Below are positions 9,513 through 17,268 of a stretch of 52,324 bases of DNA, piece after piece. The position numbers and the translations under genes were made by a program. Origin of the DNA: Flavobacteriales bacterium (GTDB lineage Bacteria > Bacteroidota > Bacteroidia > Flavobacteriales_G > NORP312); contig JAESTK010000154.1 of NCBI GenBank assembly GCA_016763645.1, forward strand, positions 1 through 52,324, given 5' to 3'. Position 1 is the first letter of the stretch. Each line of letters opens with the position of its first letter. The notes under the pieces were generated by a model, which saw only the letters and a program-made list of their open reading frames with translations, was not told the origin of the DNA and ran no database searches.

Positions 9513-10865
9513 TTATCGCGCCAATGGCAAAATGGCAAACTTCACCAACTCATCTTGTAAAGAATCTGTCATTTCTTCACTTACGTGCAGCATAAATGCT
9601 TCTTCTTTGTGATAATCATGCGTAGAGAATTTCCAATACAACGCCCCTGCAAAATCGAAGTTGGTTACCTCAATGGCTTTTCTTAAAGATTTTACAGCAA
9701 GTATTCTTTCCTTGTAATTATCAGGTTCGTTGCCCCAGATGTAGAGCTTATAATCTGTTGAATCTTCTCCCAAAACAGAAAAACCATGGCTATTCCAAGG
9801 CTCAACGGTGCAGTTATTTTTGTAAGTATATCCTAGCTCAGTAAAAAGAACAGGCTGCGTAAAATCATGTTGTTTTTTGAATGAGGTAATCGTGTCCAAT
9901 ATTTCCATCCACGAATTGGTAAATACTTCTTCAGATGTTTCTTTGTCAATGTCTTTTAGTTTGAAATATGCATTAATGCCTATAAAATCTAAATCATCCC
10001 AAAATGAAACATATTGATAGTTGTCAAAGTTTGCAGCATAGGTTAGTTTACCAGAATAAGTTTGTCTCGTTTTTGCAATTAACTCTCGCCATTTTTCGTC
10101 TAGAAACGCAGCCCTAGAATTGACTTTATTTAGGGAATCGTTTTCTTTATAAAAGCAAGTTTGTTCCGCCCATTTTTTCTGTGTTTCACTTCGGTCAGTC
10201 AAATATTTTTTTACTGAAGTGTATTTCTCTTTTCCACCAACCCATAGGTGTTCGTGGGGAATTTGATTCTTGAAATACAAGAACCGTTTGTTGTATTCTA
10301 GTTGAGTGGTATCGTTTAAGTAAAACTCTTCTAGCGGCAACAAAGAGTCGATTTGGATAGTCGTTGTTAAGACATTCATTTCGCTACCGATTCCCAGCAC
10401 ATCGACACCTTCCTTTTCAGCAAATTTGCTCCAAAAGTCTAAATATATCGCATATTTCGCGAACCAACTTTCGAGTGTTTTTCTATCTTTTGGCATAATC
10501 ATTCCGTGCCATAAAAACTTGTTGTTTGGATAAGCGTGGTCTGCCGCCAAGCGGAGAATTAAAACTACGTTTAACCCTTCGGCTTTTGCAGCTCTAATTT
10601 CAGTTGCGATTGCAGTATCTTTTTCATGAAACCAAAAATTATCACTATCCCAATCTCCTTGCATCGCATAAACGGTTACTTCAACGGTGTTAAAGCCTGC
10701 TTTTTTTAGCGTGTTCGTCCATGTGGTTTGGTCAGCTTCGTTTACCTGAATTCCGCCTACCATTATGGTCGAATCTTTATTAAAACAACTCCCAATAACC
10801 AGACCCAAGATAATTAAAACTAGAGCAAAGAAAATTAATCTGACTTTCACAAAGCAAAGAAACAT
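9513..10865 (-). CDS. Putative lipoprotein glycoside hydrolase (TIM-barrel, clan GH-A-like)
   Basis: 450 aa with a lipoprotein-type leader (LVIGSCF). Spacing of GIGSEMN and FTELGY resembles acid/base and nucleophile Glu strands of (beta/alpha)8 glycosidases. The family is not identified. Confidence 0.4.
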   Translation of the reverse strand: MFLCFVKVRLIFFALVLIILGLVIGSCFNKDSTIMVGGIQVNEADQTTWTNTLKKAGFNTVEVTVYAMQGDWDSDNFWFHEKDTAIATEIRAAKAEGLNVVLILRLAADHAYPNNKFLWHGMIMPKDRKTLESWFAKYAIYLDFWSKFAEKEGVDVLGIGSEMNVLTTTIQIDSLLPLEEFYLNDTTQLEYNKRFLYFKNQIPHEHLWVGGKEKYTSVKKYLTDRSETQKKWAEQTCFYKENDSLNKVNSRAAFLDEKWRELIAKTRQTYSGKLTYAANFDNYQYVSFWDDLDFIGINAYFKLKDIDKETSEEVFTNSWMEILDTITSFKKQHDFTQPVLFTELGYTYKNNCTVEPWNSHGFSVLGEDSTDYKLYIWGNEPDNYKERILAVKSLRKAIEVTNFDFAGALYWKFSTHDYHKEEAFMLHVSEEMTDSLQDELVKFAILPLAR

Positions 10866-10883
10866 TAATCACACAGTTCATTG

Positions 10884-10891
10884 TATTTTTG
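10884..10891 (+). promoter_or_regulatory. -7 promoter box TATTTTTG
   Basis: Exact TAnnTTTG, 4 nt upstream of the ATG at 10896. Confidence 0.4.
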
Positions 10892-10895
10892 TCGG

Positions 10896-11414
10896 ATGAA
10901 AACGATTTTTTCAACGATATTGGCATTCATTTTAATTGTCTCTACATATGCTCAAGGTCCTACGGCATCTGGTGATGCAGGAACGAGTGTAGAAGCCGAA
11001 TGGCAAATAATAAATTTAGGGGGAGGCGTTAGTTATGAGGGCTACGTATTAAAAGGTAATTTTAATGGGGAAGGCACCATGATTTACCAAGACAGCAGCG
11101 TGTATTCTGGTGATTGGAAAGACGGAATGCGAGATGGAAAAGGCACCATGAGTTGGAGAAGCGGAAATGTATATCAGGGCAAATGGAAAGAAGACATACA
11201 AGAGGGCACGGGTACCATGCGATGGAAAAACGGAGACCTTTACGATGGCAAATTCGACAATAACAAACCCAACGGACGAGGCACTATTATTTATGCCGAT
11301 GGGTCAAAATACACAGGTTTGTTTGCCAACGGAAAACCACACGGAAAGGGAAAACAAAAATCTGTTGACGGAATTGTTACCAAAGGCGTTTGGGTGAATG
11401 GAATCAAACAATAG
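10896..11414 (+). CDS. Secreted MORN-repeat protein
   Basis: Signal peptide MKTIFSTILAFILIVSTYAQ, then tandem MORN units (YEGYVLKGNFNGEGT, YSGDWKDGMRDGKGT, YQGKWKEDIQEGTGT, YDGKFDNNKPNGRGT, YTGLFANGKPHGKG). Confidence 0.8.
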   Translation: MKTIFSTILAFILIVSTYAQGPTASGDAGTSVEAEWQIINLGGGVSYEGYVLKGNFNGEGTMIYQDSSVYSGDWKDGMRDGKGTMSWRSGNVYQGKWKEDIQEGTGTMRWKNGDLYDGKFDNNKPNGRGTIIYADGSKYTGLFANGKPHGKGKQKSVDGIVTKGVWVNGIKQ

Positions 11415-12039
11415 CAATTACCGTTTATATCTCTGGGGAGAATTAAGCCTTCTATTTGTTGTAATTCCAATTTCTTTGAGCCTCGATATTCCCTTGTGGA
11501 TTAAGGCATGTGCAACTCTTTTGGGAATAGTATATATACTTTATATTTCCAAAAAAGTAGGGCTATTATCAAAACGGATATTCAGTAAGGTTTTTTCTGC
11601 TGAAGCAAAAAAATCTTCTTTGATTAGTCTTGTTCTTGTATTGGTTGCTACTAGCTCTTACACTTACTTTGCTGACGCGAGTCTTTTGTTTAAAGTACCA
11701 ATAACAAAGCCGGTACTCTGGTTAGGAATTTGTTTATTTTATACTTTGTTTTCAGCCTTTCCACAAGAGTTTATTTACCGCGTATTTTTCTATAATCGTT
11801 ATCGGCTATTGTTCGGAACGCATTTTGTTTTCGTGCTGTATAATTCGTTACTTTTTTCGCTTGCACATTTAATGTTTGGCAACAGCATGGTGTTAATAAT
11901 TACGTTTATTGGAGGATTGCTTTTCAATTATTCATACTCCAAAAACCAATCGTATCTACTGGTAAGTCTTGAACATAGCGTATATGGTTGTTGGCTATTT
12001 ACGATTGGCATGGGAGAGATGTTGGCTTTTCCGGTTTAG
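11398..12039 (+). CDS. CPBP-family intramembrane glutamic endopeptidase (CAAX protease / Abi-like)
   Basis: Polytopic membrane protein with motif 1 PQEFIYRVFF (EExxR-like) and motif 2 FSLAHLMFGN (HxxxN). It overlaps the MORN gene by 17 nt. Confidence 0.8.
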   Translation: MESNNSNYRLYLWGELSLLFVVIPISLSLDIPLWIKACATLLGIVYILYISKKVGLLSKRIFSKVFSAEAKKSSLISLVLVLVATSSYTYFADASLLFKVPITKPVLWLGICLFYTLFSAFPQEFIYRVFFYNRYRLLFGTHFVFVLYNSLLFSLAHLMFGNSMVLIITFIGGLLFNYSYSKNQSYLLVSLEHSVYGCWLFTIGMGEMLAFPV

Positions 12040-12071
12040 TAGCATTCCCTATACTTAGCAGTATTATTGGT

Positions 12072-12079
12072 TAGTTTTG
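12072..12079 (+). promoter_or_regulatory. -7 promoter box TAGTTTTG
   Basis: Exact TAnnTTTG, 11 nt upstream of the ATG at 12091. Confidence 0.45.
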
Positions 12080-12090
12080 ACTGGAAATTT

Positions 12091-12885
12091 ATGAGATACT
12101 TTTTACACCTTGGATTTAACGGCAGCAAATATCACGGATGGCAATTCCAGCCAGAGGTTGTCACTGTTCAAGAAACAATTGAAACGGAATTGAAGAGAAT
12201 CTTTAAACAAAAAATTACTGCTTTTGGTTGCGGACGAACAGATGCGGGGGTTCACGCTAGCCAGTATTATGCACATATAAACCTAGACCAATCATTGGAT
12301 TTTGATTTAAAGTTTCGGCTAAACAAAAACCTACCTGATGACATTTCAGTTTATCAGGTTTTGGAAGTAACGAAAGATCAACACGCAAGATATGACGCCA
12401 CGTTTCGCACCTATGATTATTTCATCCACTTAACTAAAGACGCTTTACTGAGTAATTGTAGTTCTTTCTATCAGCTCGACAAACTAAATTTAGATGCGAT
12501 GAACAAAGCCGTCAAATTAGTGCTCAGACAACAAGACTTTAAGGCCCTATGTAGGCGACCACACATCTACAAGCATACATTGTGTGAGGTTACTAATGCA
12601 GCTTTATTTACCAATAAAGCTACTGACCGACTCCGGTTTACGATAACTGCTAATCGATTTTTGCATGGCATGATTCGGATAATAGTATATTATCTGTTGC
12701 AAATCGGAACGGGTCGATTGTCCATTGTTGAATTTGATAAAATCTTGCAAGGAGAACGAAATGAGAAAAGAAAAAGACTTGCAAAACCAAATGGATTGTA
12801 TTTGTCACGAATCGAATATCCCTATTTTGAGAATGAACCAAGGCATCACCCTGGTGGCTCATTATTATTAGACTTAGAACCTTAA
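12091..12885 (+). CDS. truA: tRNA pseudouridine(38-40) synthase TruA
   Basis: Starts MRYFLHLGFNGSKYHGWQFQ and carries the catalytic GCGRTDAGVHA motif. The ORF-track start at 12067 is a non-ATG extension. Confidence 0.9.
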   Translation: MRYFLHLGFNGSKYHGWQFQPEVVTVQETIETELKRIFKQKITAFGCGRTDAGVHASQYYAHINLDQSLDFDLKFRLNKNLPDDISVYQVLEVTKDQHARYDATFRTYDYFIHLTKDALLSNCSSFYQLDKLNLDAMNKAVKLVLRQQDFKALCRRPHIYKHTLCEVTNAALFTNKATDRLRFTITANRFLHGMIRIIVYYLLQIGTGRLSIVEFDKILQGERNEKRKRLAKPNGLYLSRIEYPYFENEPRHHPGGSLLLDLEP

Positions 12886-12920
12886 GACCAGAAATTATTG
12901 TCTTATGACAATTGCAAAAT

Positions 12921-12949
12921 AAAAAAACCCTTGAATTTCAAGGGTTTTT
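12921..12949. terminator. Bidirectional rho-independent terminator
   Basis: Palindrome CCCTTGAA-T-TTCAAGGG flanked by A7 on the left and T5 on the right. It lies between the truA stop and the 3' end of tRNA-Cys. Confidence 0.75.
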
Positions 12950-12950
12950 G

Positions 12951-13021
12951 AGGTCGCGAACGGATTCGAACCGCTGTAGATGGTGTTGCAGACCACTGCC
13001 TAGCCACTCGGCCACGCGACC
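12951..13021 (-). tRNA. tRNA-Cys (anticodon GCA)
   Basis: The reverse complement GGTCGCGTGGCCGAGTGGCTAGGCAGTGGTCTGCAACACCATCTACAGCGGTTCGAATCCGTTCGCGACCT folds as a cloverleaf. Acceptor stem is 7 bp (GGTCGCG/CGCGACC). Anticodon stem is GTGGT/ACCAT with loop CTGCAAC. The T-loop is TTCGAAT and the discriminator is U, as expected for Cys. CCA is not encoded. Confidence 0.9.
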
Positions 13022-13096
13022 ATAACACAAAAGTAACTTTTCCGAAGCATATTACAAGACCTTGCGAATAATAAATTTAGAGTTAACAAGAAGGGA

Positions 13097-14143
13097 CTAC
13101 TGTTTCAGGAATTTATACGTTCGTTGTTTTTCTTCTCCAAAATCAACAGTAATAAAGTAAACTCCTTTTAGGAAATTAGAAACATCAAAATGCGTTTGCT
13201 TTGTTTCCAAAATGGTTTGCCCCAGTTCGTTGGTAACGAGAACAGACTGTATGATTAAACTACTTTCAAACTCAATTTGAAGGAAATTTTGTGTAGGATT
13301 AGGAAACAATTTAATGCTTTCGCTGCCCTCCCATTTTGGGCCATCAATTGCGTTAATAATCACCACAGTAACTCGCCCAGAAATTGAATCTGCCGTTACC
13401 ATATCATCATTCGCAGGCCAAACAACAACCGTATTTCCTCCCATGCGGTATTGCGGATTTTCGAAATCTTGTGGCATCGCAACTCTTCTACTTTCTAAGC
13501 TCGCCAGAGTAATGTTGTTTAGCGTATTGGTATCAACCTGTGTAACGAGGGCTCCTGTGCTGTCAGATATTACCAAATGATGCAGTTCAATGGTGCCCGA
13601 GTAAGTCGAGGTTCTTTTATTTTCAATATAAAAAATCATCGAATCTGTCGTTCCGTATTCTGCCGTGTCTGGAAAACTTGTCGGTAAGTTAGAATTAAAA
13701 CCAATAGTATCGGGGGGCAGGATAATAGTAAACGTTTGAAAAACAGAATCAGAGGTTAGAACACCAAAAGCAGCTGGCCAAACCACAACAGTATTGCCCC
13801 CCATAGAAAGAGGAGCAATGCTAGTATCAACAGGGAAAGTTAAGTCAACACTAAGAGTGTCTCCAGAAAACAGGGTATCGATGATGACGGACTGAGCACC
13901 AATGTATTGAATTTGTTGCCCCTGAATGGTTGCGGCAAAAATGTTTATGGCGCCATTAACGCTATCAATTATGTTTACCACCCCCTTGTTTTGGATATTT
14001 ACTCTAAAACTTATGGTTTGATTTACATAAACGACTTCGGGAAGCCCTGTAATACCAATTTCACCAATTCCTATTACTGGAGTTTGTGAAAACCCAGCCA
14101 AAAAACAGCAAAAGAGGTATGATATGGTGACAATTTTTTTCAA
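13097..14143 (-). CDS. Secreted protein with T9SS type A C-terminal sorting domain
   Basis: TTG start gives MKKIVTISYLFCCFLAGFSQ. Two internal homologous modules each contain MGGNTVVVWPA. The C-terminus KLFPNPTQNFLQIEF...GVYFITVDFGEEKQRTYKFLKQ is a typical Por secretion tail. Confidence 0.75.
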   Translation of the reverse strand: MKKIVTISYLFCCFLAGFSQTPVIGIGEIGITGLPEVVYVNQTISFRVNIQNKGVVNIIDSVNGAINIFAATIQGQQIQYIGAQSVIIDTLFSGDTLSVDLTFPVDTSIAPLSMGGNTVVVWPAAFGVLTSDSVFQTFTIILPPDTIGFNSNLPTSFPDTAEYGTTDSMIFYIENKRTSTYSGTIELHHLVISDSTGALVTQVDTNTLNNITLASLESRRVAMPQDFENPQYRMGGNTVVVWPANDDMVTADSISGRVTVVIINAIDGPKWEGSESIKLFPNPTQNFLQIEFESSLIIQSVLVTNELGQTILETKQTHFDVSNFLKGVYFITVDFGEEKQRTYKFLKQ

Positions 14144-14232
14144 GGGTAAAACAATTTGAACGTGAAAATAAAGCTAAATGTTCGAACTAAACACATATTG
14201 TTGTATATTTCTTACCTGTTCAAACAAAAAAT

Positions 14233-15693
14233 ATGCTTTACGAACTAATAAATAGCCTAAATAAGGAGGAGGTTCGGCACCTTAAAATCTTCTTAAACAG
14301 AACCACAACAAAGACCGCAAGAAAAGATGTGGAACTGTTCGATTACGCAAGAAAACACTACCCAAAACATCAAGAAAATAAGATATTTGATACACTTTAT
14401 GACTCTGAAAGTAAAAACGCATTTTATCGCTTAAAAAACCGCTTACAAGATGATATAAATAAAAGTATTACGCTTCAGTATTATCACTCGTCAGAGTTTA
14501 ATCAAGCACTTTTTCTTATTACTCTTTCACGGCATTACCAAGCAAAAGGAAACGAAAAGCTCACCTACAACTATTTAAAAAAAGCAGAAAAAAGAGCGTT
14601 AGAAGTATCGAGCTACGAGTTGCTCGATATTATTTACAGCGATTATATTCGATTTTCGCAAGAAACATTGTCGATAAACCCCGAGCAGTATATCGAAAAG
14701 AGAAAGGACAACAGAATAAGACTAAATCGCTTACGTGAAATTGACGATATTTTAGCAGTTTTAGTTTATCGTATAAAACTGTCACAAAATTTCTCACAAC
14801 AGAATTATCAAATAATTGAACTGCTTCAAAAAACGATTGATGATTTTTCGCAATCGGTTGATATAAAGGAAACACCTCAACTTCGATTTAGAATTTATCA
14901 TGCGGTAAGTAGAATTTTGCTTCAACAGCACGATTATAAATCTCTGGAAGAATATCTACTTTTAACCTTAAAGGAGTTTTCAGAAGAAAACTTGTTTACC
15001 AAAAACAATCACGACACCAAACTTCAAATGCTTACGTATTTATCTAACGCTTTATTTAAAAACAAAAAACATAAAACTTCCCTCGAATATGCTGAAAAGC
15101 TTAAAGAAGCAATGTCAGAGTTTAATGGCTTTTTACATGATAGATATTTATTCTATTATTACAATACGTTAGTAAATAACTATTCCGAAACAGACGAAGA
15201 TCAAGCTATTAGTATACTTAAAGAAGCCATTACTAATGATAAAATAACATTAGTTATTCCTCATTCAAGGATAATTTTTAACCTTAATTTGGCGCTTCAA
15301 TATTTTGATAAAAAGGAATATAAGTTAGCGAATAGGTGTGTTATTAAGTTAAAATTAGATGATCGCTACGCAAGTCTTGATGAAGCATTTAAAATGAAGA
15401 TTGCCATTGCCGAGTTAATTGTTCGATTCGAGCAAAACGATCACGACTTCGTGGAATATCAAATTGGGGTATTGCGAAAACAATACAGCGCGTTGCTACG
15501 AGACGTGTCTTATTTCCGACAACGAGAAATGCTTGATATTTTGAAAAAGATGATATATTCTCAAAACCTTACCACAGATAAGGGGTTATTAAAACAAATT
15601 AAGGGTCTTACTCTTTCTATGGAAACGGAAGAGGCAGGCGATAGCGACATTTTAAATTACAACTCTTGGTTAAAGAGCAAAACAGGAAGGTGA
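14233..15693 (+). CDS. Conserved hypothetical alpha-helical (TPR-like) protein
   Basis: 486-aa uninterrupted ORF with helical-repeat composition and no signal peptide. The N-terminus LINSLNKEEVRHLKIFLNR...ELFDYARKH resembles an uncharacterised Bacteroidota family. Confidence 0.6.
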   Translation: MLYELINSLNKEEVRHLKIFLNRTTTKTARKDVELFDYARKHYPKHQENKIFDTLYDSESKNAFYRLKNRLQDDINKSITLQYYHSSEFNQALFLITLSRHYQAKGNEKLTYNYLKKAEKRALEVSSYELLDIIYSDYIRFSQETLSINPEQYIEKRKDNRIRLNRLREIDDILAVLVYRIKLSQNFSQQNYQIIELLQKTIDDFSQSVDIKETPQLRFRIYHAVSRILLQQHDYKSLEEYLLLTLKEFSEENLFTKNNHDTKLQMLTYLSNALFKNKKHKTSLEYAEKLKEAMSEFNGFLHDRYLFYYYNTLVNNYSETDEDQAISILKEAITNDKITLVIPHSRIIFNLNLALQYFDKKEYKLANRCVIKLKLDDRYASLDEAFKMKIAIAELIVRFEQNDHDFVEYQIGVLRKQYSALLRDVSYFRQREMLDILKKMIYSQNLTTDKGLLKQIKGLTLSMETEEAGDSDILNYNSWLKSKTGR

Positions 15694-15714
15694 GCAGCTC
15701 TAAATTTAGCACAA

Positions 15715-15741
15715 AAAAAAGACCCCAAACGGAGTCTTTTT
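15715..15741 (+). terminator. Rho-independent terminator after the 14233-15693 gene
   Basis: A-run, stem GACCCC/GGAGTC (one mismatch), loop AAAC, then T5. Confidence 0.6.
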
Positions 15742-15943
15742 CTCAAACCAGGAGCAAAGGTTGCAATAACCTTCTTATTATAAGAACTTGAATAATCTAA
15801 ATTAACAATACAAAGATGTAGCGCTTTTGCGGTTTAACAAACTTGTTTTATTTCAATTCTTACGTGCTTAGCGCAGAAAAAAGTAATATATTTCCTTTTT
15901 TAAACTGTATTTTAAGGAAATATATCTTACGGGCGAACAAATA

Positions 15944-15971
15944 AAAAAAGCGATGAATTTCATCGCTTTTT
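15944..15971 (-). terminator. Rho-independent (bidirectional) terminator after the YceI-like gene
   Basis: Palindrome GCGATGAA-T-TTCATCGC flanked by A7 and T5, 26 nt downstream of the stop at 15997. Confidence 0.7.
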
Positions 15972-15996
15972 ATAAATAATTTTAAGGCTAGGAGAA

Positions 15997-16632
15997 CTAC
16001 TCACATGTTTTTTCTAGTTGAGTTGTAATGTAAAGGGCAACTTCTGACCATAATTTAACTTCTCCATCGCCACCTGTATGTTTTGCTTCACAAGCTTTGC
16101 CAAGAGAAGCTAACGCATCGTCTCCTTGAAAATTTAACACATCAATTGTCGCTTTTAATTCTAATTTATTGTCCTCGCCCACAGAATATTCAAAGTCAAC
16201 ATCTTGTTCTACATCGTTCATTTTCATGGTTATAACACCTGTCGTTTCTGTTGCTGATTTTACTTTTCCTACAATGGTCCCGGTATTGGCCATGATATCG
16301 AAAAAGAAAGCGAGCAATTTTTTATCTCTAGCAGTGTCTTTAGAGTTAATTGTCGGAACATCAACAGTCATTTCTAATGAAGTTAACAACTCCATTGCGG
16401 ATACTGAGGTATTTCCTGCAACAGTTTCAAACGAATCAAATTGACCGCCAACAGGGGTTTTTGAAGTGTGTTTGTAAGCCGTCCACCGTACTTCAGTACT
16501 CTCGTTGTTATACGAGTAGGTGCATACTTTTTCTTCGATTTTAGTTGTTTCCTCTTGTGCTTTTTCTTTTGGTTCTCCTCCGCAAGAAGTTAAAATGATT
16601 GATAGAACTGCAATTGATAAATATTTATTCAT
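15997..16632 (-). CDS. YceI-like lipoprotein
   Basis: Lipobox LTSCGG. VRWTAYKHTSKTPVGGQFDSFE and INSKDTARDKKLLAFFFD resemble the YceI beta-barrel signatures (H/K..V.G.F and s..RD..L....FFD). Confidence 0.5.
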   Translation of the reverse strand: MNKYLSIAVLSIILTSCGGEPKEKAQEETTKIEEKVCTYSYNNESTEVRWTAYKHTSKTPVGGQFDSFETVAGNTSVSAMELLTSLEMTVDVPTINSKDTARDKKLLAFFFDIMANTGTIVGKVKSATETTGVITMKMNDVEQDVDFEYSVGEDNKLELKATIDVLNFQGDDALASLGKACEAKHTGGDGEVKLWSEVALYITTQLEKTCE

Positions 16633-16651
16633 GATTTTATTTTTGTTTGAT

Positions 16652-17158
16652 TTATTCGAAAGTTACTAAAATTTCATTTTTTTCAACCGCATTTCCTTTA
16701 TTAATGCCAATTGATTTTACTGTTCCATCGGTAGGGGATTTAATACTGTTTTCCATTTTCATCGCTTCTAAAATCATAACCGCATCTCCTTTCGAAACAA
16801 CTTGTCCAGGTTCAACCATAATATCTAAAACCAAACCAGGCATGGGCGCCTTAATGTCAGATATTTTTTGCTCTGCCATTCCCTCCATTCCCATTTCTTT
16901 AAGCAGTTCGTCCATGCGGTCTTTTACGGCTATTTCGTATTTAGAGCCATTTACCTTTATGGTAAAAGTTTTGGATTCGTAATCTGCTTTTAGCACATCG
17001 GCAATGTATGTTTTGTTGTTTCTAATGATGTGCAATCTAGTCTTGTTTTCTTTATCGATGTCTAACTCGAGCGAGACCTCGTTTAGTTTTCCAGAGTTAA
17101 TTTCTCCGTTTACAAACTCAATTTTAAAACTTTTATCTCCAGAAATCGCCTTATACAT
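16652..17158 (-). CDS. Biotin carboxyl carrier (biotin/lipoyl attachment) protein
   Basis: C-terminal biotinylation motif ILEAMKMEN within a typical hammerhead domain. The ATG at 17158 (MYKAISG) is preferred over the ORF-track start at 17191 because a TATATTTG box lies 4 nt upstream of it. Confidence 0.8.
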   Translation of the reverse strand: MYKAISGDKSFKIEFVNGEINSGKLNEVSLELDIDKENKTRLHIIRNNKTYIADVLKADYESKTFTIKVNGSKYEIAVKDRMDELLKEMGMEGMAEQKISDIKAPMPGLVLDIMVEPGQVVSKGDAVMILEAMKMENSIKSPTDGTVKSIGINKGNAVEKNEILVTFE

Positions 17159-17162
17159 ATCA

Positions 17163-17170
17163 CAAATATA
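17163..17170 (-). promoter_or_regulatory. -7 promoter box TATATTTG (minus strand)
   Basis: The plus-strand sequence CAAATATA is TATATTTG on the minus strand, 4 nt upstream of the ATG at 17158. This implies a leaderless or near-leaderless mRNA. Confidence 0.4.
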
Positions 17171-17268
17171 AAAAGTTGATTGTCTAATCATGCGAATTAT
17201 TTAAAAAGTTAGCGTGGCGTGGCATCAATAGAAAATTTAACGTAATATTGATGCTTATTCTACCTTCC

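Noticed and set aside
11167-11397. 76-aa ORF nested in the MORN gene, and similar nested ORFs such as 28617-28811
   Set aside because: They are off-frame overlaps of confidently assigned genes with no independent signals.
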